Below, piece by piece: positions 12,469 to 27,299 of a stretch of 64,000 nt of DNA (position 1 is its first letter; each line of letters opens with the position of its first letter). Both the position numbers and the translations under genes were made by a program. The notes beneath the pieces are model-generated. The model had not been told where the DNA came from. It was given only the letters and a program-made list of their open reading frames with translations, and made no database searches. The stretch is from Octopus sinensis (taxonomy: Eukaryota): contig NC_042998.1 of assembly GCF_006345805.1 (NCBI RefSeq), forward strand, positions 75,640,001 through 75,704,000. The letters run 5' to 3'.

Positions 12469-14309
12469 TAGACACACACACATATGCTGGAATACAGTCA
12501 AATAAGAAAGCACTCACACACACACACAAACTCATACGAACATACACACTCACAGAACCGACTAAACCATACAAATACACACACAAGACTAGACACGCTC
12601 GCTTACACACACGCACTATGGCACATATACGCAGATGCTTACAGACACACGTGCACATACAGACGTTCATACACATACTTACTCTATTCCCCTCCTCCCC
12701 CTCCCTGCATAAAGAACTACACCCTAAACCCATTAATATTCAGACTAACCTAGAACAAATAGTTGCTCTCTTAAAGAGGTACCGGATGACTTATGCACAC
12801 ACACCCACAAACACTACACGTATGTGCACACACAGCCACATACGCACGCGCACGCGTAGATACACACACACACAACCCCCCCCCCTCTTCTAAGCAAACA
12901 CACATCTACATACACATACACAAACACACGCACACATATGCAAGCATGCATACATACAGACATAAGACAAAGAAGTGAATTAAAGAAGTGAATGGAGAGT
13001 TTAAGGAAAGGTGAGTGGGATTAAATTCCACTATGGAATGTGAGCCGTGGCTTCTGAATATACTGTAGGTAAACACTAAAAATCAACATCTTTATTAAGG
13101 TATATTAAATATAGAAATTTGAATATTTTATTGTTACATCACACTGATCCAAAATATTTTTCAGAGACTTGGTTATATGAATAACTATATTTGCATTAGC
13201 AGCCTTTTATATCGGATGCGAATCTTTTTCAAATCATATATATCCTTACTTGCATTTATTACTTGAATTACAATAGTTGTTACAAACTGAGTAGTCTCAG
13301 CTTAGGTAATTTCTGAGATTTAGCATGTTTTGTTGATAATTGTTTTTCAAATATATCACCAGTTTTATATATATATGCTAATATTCCTGTATAAAACGTC
13401 AAATTTTCCGCACTTCCAGTCTTCTCTTTTTCCGTCATCTCCCATTTTCCCACTATATCTTTAGCTTTGTTTCTCTTTTTATGCCCGTTCCTTACACTCT
13501 CACGGTGTATATTTTCGTTTACCGAATCCTTATGTTATATCCAAATATATGTTCTTATTGACACTGGATATTAGAATAAAGAAATTCGTCAAGTCAATGC
13601 AATTAATACCATGTTTATTGATTGCGCATCATATTTACTGCTTTTATACATAATGAATAGAAAATGAACCCAATAGAAAATTATATAGTGAGAAAAACAT
13701 TCGGATCCATAGCGGCATCTGCGAATCTATGTAAGATGCAAATGCTTTTAAGCGCATCAGTTCCTTAGTTTCTTATATTTCTTAAATGCGTGCGTTGAAG
13801 TGAATATTTAGAATCCATTATTTGCTGTATTTTGCAGTTCATATTTTCATAAGTGGCTTGCAGATGTAGCTTTAAATAAATACTTCCATCAATGTACGTG
13901 CAAAGCACTGAATATTTTCCGAAACTAAATTTAAAAGGATTAATGGAGATCAAAAAGAAGAAAGAAAGAAGAGAATTATTCTAATTAACAGAGAAAATAA
14001 ATGAATCAATTTCATGGAAATTCAACATGAATAAATTTAGTTTCAACATAAATATAATACAAATACAACTAAATGTTTGCATTTTCAGCAAGCCACTAAT
14101 AGACTCAGCAAACGACAGTTATATATAAAAGGGAAATTCAAAAATATATTTAAGCTATATGAAATACAGGGATTTCAGAAAAGCTAAATACTCTATATTA
14201 TTTATTACTCGTGGTATTGTTTTTCACCTTCATGACTCACATCTTGAATATTTCAATTTCTCGGAGCTTGTAATTTTTTATTTTTACTTTTTTGGGGCAA
14301 TATTGTGAT

Positions 14310-15700
14310 CCAAAGGGAATTTGACGTCTATTAGTGGCATGTGCTGGTTTTTCCAGTCTTTTATCACTATGTCTGAATGACTTGCCTGGATCCCTATGTT
14401 AGTTAGGACGGGCCTATTCCAAATTATTTTGGCCAGGTCGTTGTTATAAACGGTTTCGGTACATGCTTACACAACAGCTTATTCGCTCGTGTATTAAAAT
14501 GCTGGGTTCTTTCCCAGTGGATCTAGCTGCCAATATGATCACACTTATGTATATATTTAGATTTCGCAAGAACTGGGCAACCGGAGGTGATACAGTCAAC
14601 TGATTCATTGTACTGGTTGTATATCCTCCATTTGGTATTGGGATTCGTTTCAATGATTTTATTTTTATAATTACTTGTGACCAGGACTCGTTCTTGAGCA
14701 GCAACAATCAGTCCCTTTGTTTCTGCTTTTTAGACGAGTTTTTGAGAGTTGACTTTCACTTCGGTTTACTTCTTTTCCTTTGATCCTTGCAGAAGATTGG
14801 CTATGGAGCGGTTTTTTATCTCCTTTTCTTCTTGAGTACCTTTTGTAATTTTATTTCATGTTGTATATTTTTGGTCTCTTTAACAATTGCTGTTGTCTTT
14901 TATCCATATTTATTGTTCCTATGTTGTTTGTTTATGCCTCCTTGTGCATAGAGAAGGTTTCTTTTCTTTTCACTTTTTTTATTACCTTTATGATTTTTTT
15001 CCATTTTTGTCTTTGTTTTTTTTTCTTTGCAAGTATATATGCAGTTCAACTATTTTTATTTTGTAGAAGTTTTCTCTTAGTGTCAGACCATGCCCTCCTT
15101 GTATGCGGGGTATGTATATTCTGTGTATGCCTTCTTCCGAACGGTGTCTTCGGTATGTTGCCAGTAGTTTCCTGGGCTTTCTATCCACTTTTTCAATTCA
15201 CCTAGTTCCGGTTTATTATATTGAAGTTGTAGTTTATAACTGGAATGACTAGTTCATTTATACTTACAATGTTATTTCTAGTATTGAGTTTAGTGTTTAA
15301 TGCTAGTTTAACTCTTCTTTAGAATTTTCTCCTAATTTTTTTCCTCATTACCATATGTTGTATTTTAATAGTGTCTATGCCTATTGTAATATTTTCAGTT
15401 CTGGCTAATAACTTGCCTCTTCTTAATTTCGCTTTGCTGAATTTGTTTAATCCCATATTTATATTTATGTCTTTGCGAAAACAGTGGATAATTTTAGGTT
15501 TTCTTATGTTTTTTTTTTACTTTACTTTTTGCGAATTCGTTCATATACATGAGATGGTTTATCTTTTGTCCATAACATATATATCCTAAGGTGGTTTCAT
15601 TTAACAAGGCCGAAAAGTCTTATGCGTAGCGAATCACCTTGGAAAACTCGTCTTCTGATAAATAAGATAGGGCTCGTTTTGATGGTTATTTCCATGTTTT
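14310..15700 (-). mobile_element. Decayed R4/Dong-like (REL-endonuclease) non-LTR element, copy A
   Basis: Minus-strand remnants IRRRVFQGDSL (RT), RHRSEEGIHRIYIPRIQGGHGL, and VIILAA..HERISCC toward the zinc knuckle. Confidence 0.6.
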
Positions 15701-15734
15701 CATTTATTATCATTATTGTTGTTGTTGTTGTTCG

Positions 15735-17035
15735 TTCACTCCGCATCTCGTCGTTGTTCTGCCTGTATGAGATTGTTGGATATTCAATTGCGTTGTACAA
15801 ATTCGTTGTGTTTCACCTTACTTATATTCTTTTTTTATGCCAAGCAAATAGACATTGTTCATACAGGAAATTCATCTCGATTTACAACATCTTCAACCAA
15901 CAATTCAAAATTCTTGCCACCTCCAATGGCTCCCCTTATAAATGAGATAATACCAAAAGTAATTTTAGATTCTTTGAAGTTCATAATTCACTTCCTGGGT
16001 TGTTTTCTATTTTTTCACGTTCTTTTCCTACAACTCTTATATCAAACCGGCAGTAATATCAAGTAAGCAACACATCTTTATTGAGTACGGCACTATCTAG
16101 ACATGAATGTTCTGTTTGTTAGTCCATTTGAGGTTTTATATATAGTCACTGTCACGGATGTGTTCTGATTTGTGGTCATACCATTTTCCATATGTTGAAA
16201 TGAATCATTTTTATAGATTGGCCACTGTGTGTTTCTATCAATTTCATCATGTTTCCAGTTCTTAAAGACGCTCTACGAAAGCATTTTTACATTCAGGGAC
16301 TATATATGCAGAGCCGTCTCTTCACTTTCATTGTACAATCTACATTAAGCTGATTTTTTCCTGAATTATGAACTTCTTGATGTATCCTTCTCTTTTAGCT
16401 AAATTTTGTGCAGCAAGAATCAAACTTTCAATATCTTTCTTTACCATTCCCTTCCTTAATCAGTGAAATATCTTTCGTTCTTGATACCCTTCACTTATTT
16501 GAAAAACTTTCCGTATAAACATTTCAGTTCGCGAGGTTGCTTCTAGCTCCGGGAACTTCATTCACTTTTCCTTTAGTTAACATATCCTCGCTTCTTACAA
16601 CTATTAAAAGCGCCCATCGCTTCCTTAACTTTCACACAGATTTCCAGACATACTTATCAACCGTTTTCCTCCGTCAGTTCTGCCGAAATACAATCCGTCA
16701 GCATCTGCCTGTGGATGTCTGATCCTGTAATCAGTAACTCTTTACTTTACTATCTACGTTCTCAAAGTCTTCCTTTTGCTATTTTATTATTTCCGTGTTA
16801 TGCCTATTGATGGATAAGGCCTTTGGGTTGATGACAGTGATGACAATAATACCACTGAGTTCAGATTTCAGTATTGTTACTAACCTTCAGAAATATTCTT
16901 TCCTGACTTTATCTTGTATTTTTTCCTTTAAACGATCAGCTTCCAAGACTCCCAGATAATCAAATCCATCATTTCTATCATTTTCTTATATCTTCTCGTC
17001 CGGTAAATTTGATTTAGCATTTACATGTTATTTGC
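15735..17035 (-). mobile_element. Decayed R4/Dong-like non-LTR element, copy B, with (AAC/AAT)n tail
   Basis: Remnants FDYLGVLEAD..KVRKEYF, DIESLILAAQ and YELQRI; tail at 15705-15732. Confidence 0.6.
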
Positions 17036-17064
17036 CATTGAGCAACAAAAGAATTCCACGATTT

Positions 17065-17180
17065 TCCTTTTCATCTTTTTGGGGTCGATAAATTAAGTAC
17101 CTGTGAAACACTGGGGTCGATGTAATCGACTAGTCCCATCCCCCAAAATATCAGGCCTTGCGCCTTTAGTAGAAAGGACA

Positions 17181-17247
<67 letters not shown>

Positions 17248-17395
17248 GGCAGCGAGCTGGTAGAATCATTTGTACGTCGCACAAAATGCTAATTAAGTTC
17301 TCAGTTCAAATTCCGCTGAAGTTAACTATACCTCTCATCATTCGAGGTCGATAAAATATACACTAGCTGAGTACTAGGATCGATATAACTTGAAA
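17065..17395 (+). mobile_element. Two SINE pieces (17065-17178, 17245-17395) separated by (ATT)n
   Basis: Similarity to 6452-6677. Confidence 0.75.
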
Positions 17396-17667
17396 GGGAA
17401 AGTGTAGATTGAGAAGGAAATGCTTCGTAGATGTGGTAGGCCTACATTAAGCTCGGGAGATAACATAAAGGTAACCTTTGCATTCGATGTAATCCAGGAT
17501 CTGTGAGATCTTCTTGGCCACCAACAAATGATAGTCCCCTCTATTTTGGAATTTTGTTTGACTATTTCTTGTTAATTGTTGTGTTATTGTTCACACGTTT
17601 ACATAAATCCCCACTATCCTAGTCTTTCTCTTGTCCTAATGTTTTTCACGATTCTTTTGACCAATAA

Positions 17668-17669
17668 AA

Positions 17670-17712
<43 letters not shown>

Positions 17713-17742
17713 TGTTGTTGTAGCAGTAGCAGCAGCAGAAGC

Positions 17743-17815
<73 letters not shown>
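17668..17815. repeat. (GTA)n microsatellite with GTT/GCA interruption
   Basis: Direct reading. Confidence 0.95.
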
Positions 17816-17824
17816 TTTTTTTTA

Positions 17825-18153
17825 AAGGAGCACTCCATCGGTTACGACAATGACGGTCCCAGCTGATACGATCAACGGAACAGCTCGCTCGTGAAATTAA
17901 CGTGCAAGTGGCTGAGCACTCCACAGACACGTGTACCCTTAACGCAATTCTCAGGGAGATTCAGTGTGACAAAGAGTGTAACAAGGCTGGCCCTTTGAAA
18001 TACAGGTACTGCTCATTTTTGCCAGCTGAGTGGACTGGAGCAACGGAGAAATAAAGTGTCTTGTTCAAGGGGACAACGCGTTGCCGGGAATTGAAGTCAC
18101 GACCTTACGATCGTAAGCTGAATGGTCTAACCACTAAGCTACACGCCTTCACA
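17825..18153 (-). mobile_element. tRNA-derived SINE (fourth family), near full length
   Basis: Reverse complement of the family copy at 60130-60440. Confidence 0.85.
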
Positions 18154-18200
<47 letters not shown>

Positions 18201-19599
18201 TGATTGCAAATGAACGTGCAGATAGTCAGAATTGTTACTGCAGTATATCATCTGTTTCAAATCTCTCCAAATTCTAATCTGCCTTTTCGTTTTATTTTAT
18301 TTTTTTGTTTCGTTTTTTTTTTTTTTTTGGCATTTACTGAAATTATTATAAATTACAAATGTGATGATGACCACATTTTAATTTAATAGTTAAGTTTTCA
18401 AAGGCCATTTATACATTCAGATCACCCACAATTTTCTAATTTACATGTTCTCTAAGAAATATCATCATGTTTTGTTTTTGCAATCTATTATCTTCTTCCG
18501 TATTTCAGAATGATGGCATGCTACCTTGGCTATGGTTAGGCAGCCATTACTCTTAACATTGTCGCGACGCTATGCTTTGGTATATGAATTAGTGTGCTAC
18601 GTGTCTTGTAAAATTTGCTCTTTTCTTCCAGACCTTTAACTACTTTCTTCCATGATACAGTCGGGTCTCGTAAAATCAGTAACATTTCTGTTAAAATATT
18701 AAGCGATGTGTTAACCAACTCTCTGAAACCAAACTTTTTAATGACAATGTATTTTAAACATGTTATACATATTTCATCTCGCTTCTTCGCCACACTGCTG
18801 TCTTCGTTTAATCCATACCTTTCTACATGATGTTTATTTTTTCTATTTCTCTTTTTACTTTGTCATGTAGACAATCCCCTGGCAAACTAGTTTTGGTGAA
18901 GTTTCAAGTTTCCACTTCAATATTTTCATTCATTTCAAGATAAGATTTGTATTTTAATAATATATACATTTTCAGTTTATCTCACCGTAACATTTTTAGT
19001 TCTTTTTTAATTCTTACTAGAACTATCTATTTTTTTTTTTTTTTACTTTTATGCATTTATTTAGTGTCTGCGGGATAAAATCATTCTTCGTTTTCCTATA
19101 GAGCTTTTACAGACACAGACTTCATGCATGGCCAATAACTTGAATTGGTCTTCTTACAGCTGAAAGTATATGAAGAAAAAATAGATTTACAATTCAGTAG
19201 TTTTTAATCTTTAATTTTGTTTGCAGTCCTGAACAGCTTCAACTTTTCTCATTTCTATATTTTCATTTTTCGCCTCAGGATCAATGTTTCTTCGTGGAAC
19301 TTTTTAATTGTTAATTATTTTTTGTAACTTTAAGAAGGTCATTAATTTTTCATACAAATTGCTATTTCCAGTGTATACACCGCGTTATGAAAATTTAAAC
19401 AAAATAATTACACTGGCAGAAAGTGAGACAGACTGAGAGATTGGTATTGTTGAACTGATACATTAATCAATCAACACCCAAAAGCGAAAATATACAAGCG
19501 AGCAGCATGCATACATAATTGCGTACATATATTCATACATAAAAAAAATTCAGTAAATGATATTCAAGTATTGTAATTTATGCGTATACAAACAGAAGG

Positions 19600-21145
19600 A
19601 CCCGGTTTCTGTCTTGCCATGTTTATCTTTGAGAATGTAGAAGTTCTTTTCATCTAGAATATCCAACAGACAGCTCACTATGTGAGAAGCATGGTTGAAG
19701 GAGGTTAAGTACCACCACCTTTAGAGATTGACCTTGTGCTTTGTTGATAGATATTGCAAAGCTCAGTTTGACAGGAAACTGCAGTCTCTTCAACTGAAAG
19801 GGAAGATCATTTCAGATGAGAAGGATCTTTGGAATGAAGACACTCTCACACATCATGTTGCCTGTAATTATTGTTGCTTCCAACACATGGGGCCTGGCTG
19901 TTTTAACAACCAGCCTTGTTCCATTGTAGAGTCTGGATGCATCAAGTTTTCTGAACAGCATTATGGGAGCACCTGTTTTCATGATCAAAATGTGTGGCAG
20001 AAATCCTGGGTGGTTTGATGAGCTTCACTGGGTAATGTGTTCCTTGTTCTTTATCAGAGACATAGTCAATTGATCCGTATGAACATTCAGTTCCTGAAAA
20101 AAGAGACAAGTTTAGATTCAGCTTGTCAACAGCATCATTCCTTGGTCCTTGAATTGTTCTTTCACAGATATGAGGATTTGATGCAAGCTCTCAGCTCATC
20201 TCCCTTTGTTCCTCTGGGAACGACAGGCAGAGTTTGCCTGAAGTCAACAGCCATGAGAAAGGTTTCTGAAGTCTCGTAGTGTTCTATCAAGAGCTTCAAA
20301 GGCTGTTTTGTGGGGCATTGTTGCTTCATCCCAGACAATGAGTTTGGCATATGTAAGGAGTTTTGCTAACGCTCTATTATTAAATATGCTGCGTAATGGT
20401 GATTCATTTTGGATCAGGTTCAGAAGCAGCTTGAATATTGAATGGGATGTTCTTCCACCTGTTAGGAGTGTGGCTGCAATTCCAGAGGATGCAACAGCCA
20501 ATGCAATTTTCTTCTTTTTAACCTTGAGGTTAGAGCAGGTCTATCAATTATGTCATTTTTGTGTCTCCAGGGGCATCTAAGAAGAATAACCCACCAGTGT
20601 CATTGTTAACAGACGTCAGAACTTGTCAGTATACTTCCTTTTGATCCTGTACCAGAAGTGGTTCCTTCTCATTGAAACTGCTTGCAAACTTTCCATGCTG
20701 TATAATGTTTCCCTGATTAGCTCTTGTACTAATCTGTGTTGAACATCTCTGACAAGAGCTGGACGACCATAGAGTTCAAGTTTGTCCCCACCCAGTGATT
20801 GAACCTTGTCCCCTATTGATCTTAATGCTTCATTGACATCGCCCTCATACTGATACTGAATTCTTTGAAGAATGTCTTCACAAGGCTCCTCCTTGTATTT
20901 GTACCAAAGTTGTTTCGGATTTGACAATCCACAGTTCACCAGCATTATGGAGAACAAGTTTCTCAGATTTATAGGAGACTTGCACATTTGTGCTTCTCTC
21001 AGAGTAGCATCCCAGTGTGCATCATCTTCCAGAAGATCTCTGAGATGGCAAGCCTGGTGTTATGTCAGACATACTGTGTTGTCGACCGCACTTAAGGCAG
21101 TAAATGACGTGGGTTCTTTGACATAGTGTAACAGAAGCTTTAGAC
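19600..21145 (-). mobile_element. Decayed Helitron RepHel (PIF1-like helicase part)
   Basis: LKLLLHYVKEPTSF..LLEDDAHWDATLRE, AVASSGIAATLLTGGRTSHSIFK, LIVWDEA, DFRQTLPVVPRGT, LYNGTRLVV, QFPVKLSFAISINKAQGQSL. Many stops; termini not identified. Confidence 0.9.
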
Positions 21146-21291
21146 ATTTATACTCTGAGTAGTTTAGATTGAAACTGGAGACAAATTTGACATCCTCTTT
21201 TAGGCATGGTATTTACGGATACAGAAATGCAGAAGATTATAGACAATGAAAGCAGCTGCATTAATTTTATTGGTACCAGAAATCGATATGC

Positions 21292-21455
21292 TTCTATGAG
21301 GAACGTTACGAGTAATATTTTCAAGCTAAACATAAATAGGAAACTGTGACTTTCATCTATTTTCTCCAGGGACCCAAAAGACAATGCGACTGAAATGAAA
21401 AAGAAGCGGTTGAAATGTAAATATTCATCAACGGCGTATCGTTGGCATAACGGCG

Positions 21456-21552
<97 letters not shown>

Positions 21553-21568
21553 GCACAAACAGAGAGAT

Positions 21569-21650
<82 letters not shown>

Positions 21651-22058
21651 GCACAAACAGAGAGATATAGATAGAGAGATTAGATAAATAGTAACATAAA
21701 TCCTTAGAAGAAAGACAACAGAAATCCTTAGAAGGAGCGTGAAGAGTGAAAGCAATATTATTTAAAAGAAGAATAAATGAAGACCGTATTATTGTATCCC
21801 ATGTGAAATTACTCATGTACCCGATAGACATAGAAAGATAGATAGAGATTTAGATAGCTAGAGAGATAGATAGTAAAAGAAATCCTTAGAAGAAAGACAA
21901 AAGAAGAATATTTCTATGAGGAACGTGAAAATTAAGAATTTCAAGCTAAAATTATATATGAAGCTGTGAAGTTCATCTATTTTCCCCCGGAACCAAAAAA
22001 CAACGTGACTGAAATGAAAAAGAAGCGGTTAAAATGTAAATATTCATCAACGGCGTAT
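21292..22058 (+). repeat. Diverged ~620-bp-period direct duplication around (GATA)n
   Basis: 21292-21439 is similar to 21912-22058 (e.g. gactgaaatgaaaaagaagcggtt..aaatattcatcaacggcgtat). Confidence 0.8.
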
Positions 22059-22084
22059 TGTATACGTACATGTGTGTGTATGTT

Positions 22085-22120
<36 letters not shown>

Positions 22121-22849
22121 TGTGTGTGTGTGTGTGTGTGTATGTGTGTGTGTGTGTGTGTGTGTGCGCGTGTGTGTGTGTGTGTGTGTGTGTGTGTAGC
22201 ATCCACAGCTGCTACGTCAGACATACACGTGTGCATCTAGCTAGCTGCAGTTGCCACGTCAGTACCGGAAGTTAACATTGGAAAACCTTTTTAAAGAAGA
22301 GAATCATATTTATAAAGCAATATTATTTATTTTTAGTAAACAAAAAACCAAATTAAGACCCTATTATGTATCCGAGGTCAACTTGTTCAGGCATCCTAAT
22401 TATGGAACGAAATCGCACAGCCGTTTTCGTGCGAAAAGCGAATACACACACGCACACAGACAGGTATATTTTATATATTAGATATCATTTATCACCATAT
22501 ACAGCATTATCCTTTACTCGTTTTGCAAATGCAAGAAATTATGTGTTAGTTTGTTTATGTATTAATGTATATTTAAACACTTTGGCGTTAGATTCTTCTT
22601 ATATCCTATTCTATATGTTAGTTGTTGTTAGCATACTTTGATCATTTTTACACCAGGAAATTATTTTGAATCGATATTATTGTAAAATCGTTTATGGTAG
22701 CTTGTTTCCTCAACTATGTTTCGTATATATATTCAAAGAAAAGTGTAACCTTTATGGTATGTTTTTCTATTCGTAGTACTTTGTGTTTCATTTCTGCATT
22801 AGCCTCCAATGTATGTCAACGGCTAATTCTATTCCATCCATGTGGGTGA

Positions 22850-23990
22850 AACAACGAAGTGATGTTTATTTCATTCATATGGGTGAAATAAACAACGGAG
22901 TGATGTTACAGCAACCTTCCCTGAGAAGACAAGTCCACCATTCAGGTCCACTTTCATCTCCCGGTTTGAGTTTCGATACAAAATAGAAAATGGGTTCCCT
23001 GCTGCTGTTTTCGTTTTAAGAGCCATATCAATCCCCTTGGGAATCTGATACCCTTGGGTCGTGGTGGATGTTGTTTATTAGCCTTAACTCTTTGCATGTT
23101 TGTCTATTTGATGACTTCTACAAGGACCTTGTCGACCCATTCCCAATGTTCTAGTACACCTGCACAAAATGTGGTTCAGGACGCAGAAAGTTGTTTCATA
23201 CTTCTTGCAGGATGAGTCATCCTCTTTGCCCCGTTTTTAAATGTTGATTCAGGTTGGCAAGTAGTTAGCGACTGCATGCAGGAGGAAGGATACTTTTCTC
23301 TAGTCAGTACTCCAGAGTTCCCTCCAGGACAGTGGGCATTCTAGTGACTGGTCCCGCTATATCCATTGTCCCTGATAGGCAAGCACTACTGTCTTCATAC
23401 AGCGATCTTCCGCTATTGATTCGCAGATCCTTTGCGCTATGAGCTCTCTCTCTCTCTCTCTTACTCTTTGCCATGGTGTTTAATTACCACTCCTTGACAC
23501 TGTTGTTACAAAGCCCTAGCTGTGCTTCACAAGGCACTCCAACAATCTTCTGGTGCATCCAATATGTTTCCACTTCCTTCACAGCTTCCTAAGGCTTCAC
23601 TTTCTTTCGCAATTTATAGACTTTTTGGTATGTATCGGTCTCTTAACCTGAGATAGAAGCTGATACCTCTTCTCTTTGTGGTCTTGAACTCGTCCACGCT
23701 AATGAAATTGTTAGGTGGAGCTTAAAGATTTTCCTGTACCGATTAGCGGAGCTAAAAGTTGCGACAACACCCAACCACATTCGCACGAATTTACTGCACA
23801 GCTTCTCCATTGCCTCCAGCCGAATCATATTAAAATCATTAAGCAAAATGGTCGTTCCAGTCTGATTATGATGCCATACTGGAAGCACTATACTTTGAAC
23901 TTTCTAAATAACTGGCTTTTATCAAGTGACTTCAGCCTGTTATTAAATTTGGTCTTGGTGTCTTTGGTATTGCTACTATTTTAATGCTAC
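22850..23990 (-). mobile_element. Decayed Hero/NeSL-like REL non-LTR element, 3' part
   Basis: KLCSKFVRMWLGV..KLHL (post-RT), ANYLPT..KRGKED..LNHILCRC (zinc knuckle), EMKVDLNGGLVF..VAVTSLR (start of REL domain). Confidence 0.6.
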
Positions 23991-24824
23991 AACCGTAATT
24001 GTTAGGATTGTTAGAATTTCAGCGTTTCTCCTACTGACTGAAAATCGCTGGAAGAGGGATAGTTATAAATAATGTTTCCCTGTCATGGGGTTCGTCGTAA
24101 CGACAGTTTATTTCAATGTGACAGAAATACTTCATACCCTAAAGAGTCATGACAGACAAAGTCCTTTTTGGCAAGATCTTTATTCAAAAACCAGAAACGC
24201 AAAACTGAAATCATTAAGCACGTTTCTATGTTTACCATATCACAGAGTTTGCTTCGAAACTACATTAATTCTCCTCTTAATGATCATGTTGCAACTTTAT
24301 TAGTCAGTCTTACTCTGTCATAGCTTATGTTGTTTATTACTTTGAGTATCTTGAAATAATTTCAGAAAATTTCTTATTGTTTACTCCAGAAATTAGAATG
24401 TTATTTCTTCCCAATGAATGTAGGTTCAACCATGTACTTTGAAATATTAAATTTCAATTGAAGTTTTTAACATCAGTAATAAGAAACCATTTTATTACCC
24501 TGTGATTTCATTACTAAGTAGGATACGCAGGCTTCCTTTAGTGTTTAATATCATTACTGCACAACGATAATAAATTGAGGAAATGTGGTTAATCTAGATG
24601 GGAATCAATTATAATCAAAGAACGACAGTCAAAGTATAGATGATTATATCGATAAACTACCAGAACAAGCAACTGAGACATTAACAGTCAATATTTTTAT
24701 CCTGCTACTGTGATTTATGTCCAATCTGTTTAATTGTCAAATGCAGTAAAATAGGTGCAACAGTGGAATATAAATTCTACAACGAAAATTCGGTAACTAT
24801 AAAATACCGGAAGAAGTGAGACAT

Positions 24825-25110
<286 letters not shown>

Positions 25111-25699
25111 GGATGGATTGATGGGTTTTGGGTGGATGGGTGGGTGTTTGGGTAGATGGATGGATGAATGAATCGATCGATCGATCAATGGATCGATGGA
25201 TACTGCATTTTATAGAAGGAAAACGATGATCTTTAACAAATATCAAGTCTCACAAGAATACTATATTCTAGAAACACAAGATTTCTTGTTTTCAAGCTTA
25301 ACTGTACTTTGCAATCTCTTTCTCGCCATCATACACATACATACACACTCTCCCACACACACATGCATATACATATGCACATATACACACACATATTAAT
25401 GTATGTATTTATGTGACCCGAAGTCTTCAAACGAAAGAAGTATGAAATTAATATATTACTATATTTAGATGACATGTGCTGTTAGAAAACAATACATTAC
25501 TGTGCTTAATGGAAGTTACTCTTTCACTTTGTTGCTATTATGACTGAAGAGAATGCCAAGTGATAGATTCTGGGTAACGTCAGAATGGATTGCCAGTTAT
25601 GTGTAAAACATAAAAATGTATCCGCAACTGCACGTTCAAGACTGCATGTGTTTGTGTGTGTGTATCTACGGTGAGTTAACATGGGATTCCTTAACGACA

Positions 25700-26123
<424 letters not shown>

Positions 26124-26203
26124 AATTGCAGCGTGGAAGGTGTTTATAAGCCATTTAAGAAACACACAAAAGCCGTTCGATTCACTCCAACATTTAAGTT
26201 TAA

Positions 26204-26253
26204 TTTGTCAAAATATTTTCGTCGCTAAAATCCGCGACCTGTTCACTGACAAA
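26204..26253 (-). ncRNA. Mirror copy of the G3:C8 hammerhead on the minus strand
   Basis: Consequence of the perfect palindrome. Confidence 0.7.
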
Positions 26254-26281
26254 GTCCGTGCTGCTGAGATGCAGCACGGAC

Positions 26282-26331
26282 TTTGTCAGTGAACAGGTCG
26301 CGGATTTTAGCGACGAAAATATTTTGACAAA
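26282..26331 (+). ncRNA. Type-I hammerhead variant with G3:C8 core
   Basis: UUUGUCA GUGAACA G GUCGC-GGAUUUUA-GCGAC GAAA AUAU U U UGACAAA: 7-bp helix I, 5-bp helix II, palindromic AAUAUU helix III. Confidence 0.7.
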
Positions 26332-26469
26332 TTAAACTTAAATGTTGGAGTGAATCGAACGGCTTTTGTGTGTTTCTTAAATGGCTTATAAACACCTTCC
26401 ACGCTGCAATTGTTTTCGTTTCAGCACACGATCTCAGATCAAATTACTTGCTATGCGAGTACATCTCCG

Positions 26470-26534
<65 letters not shown>

Positions 26535-27181
26535 TGGGGGGAGAAGTCAAAGATTATCCGCACTTTCGCCGTGACATCTTTATTACCATTATTGTCACAC
26601 TGCCTTCTGCGCATGCGTGCTTATAGTTGGTACTATTGTGGTCACGTGATCGAAGTTTGACCCTCATTGCGCCATTTTCCTTTCTGGCTTTACAGTGTAA
26701 GCATAGCCACTCCACTAGCAGTGATCTGATTTCTCTGATCGGAAGGTGTGTCAGGTGCTGAAATTCATCGGAGGCTTTTACCACAATACGGGGGCAGTGC
26801 ACTACCGAGTAGAAGTGTGTATTAGTGGATCGAGAAATTTAAAACTGGCTGGACAAGCGTGGCGCGCGAAGAGCGAGTAGTACGCCTGTCAACCTCCACC
26901 ACTGACGAGAAGATTCAGCACGCGCGAGAGATAGTAATGGTGAATCGGTTTACCATTACCATCTCTCAGATTACTGCTTTTTGTTCTTCTCGGGTGCACA
27001 TTGCTAGTGGAGCAGCCATGCTTAGACTGTAAAGCCAGAGAGATAAATAGCGCGATCAGGCTCGAACGTCGATCACGTGACCACAACAGTACCAACAATA
27101 AGCACGCATGCGCAGAAGGCATTACAATAATAATAAAGATATGTTATGGCGAAAGTGCGGATAATTTTCGACTTCCTCTTG
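26535..27181 (+). mobile_element. Internally deleted mariner (MITE-like), ~180-bp TIRs, TA flanks
   Basis: Arms 26535-~26715 and ~27000-27181. Interior encodes a mariner HTH remnant EIHRRLLPQYGGSALPSRSVY*WIEKFKTG..STSTTDEKIQHARE. Confidence 0.85.
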
Positions 27182-27202
27182 TATACTTGTGTGTGTGTGT
27201 GT

Positions 27203-27254
<52 letters not shown>

Positions 27255-27299
27255 TTATGTATGTATGTATGTATTTATGTATGTATGTATGTATGCATG

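Noticed and set aside
18200-19600. Helitron 3' hairpin-CTRR terminus
   Set aside because: CTAG sites occur, but none has a convincing adjacent GC-rich hairpin.
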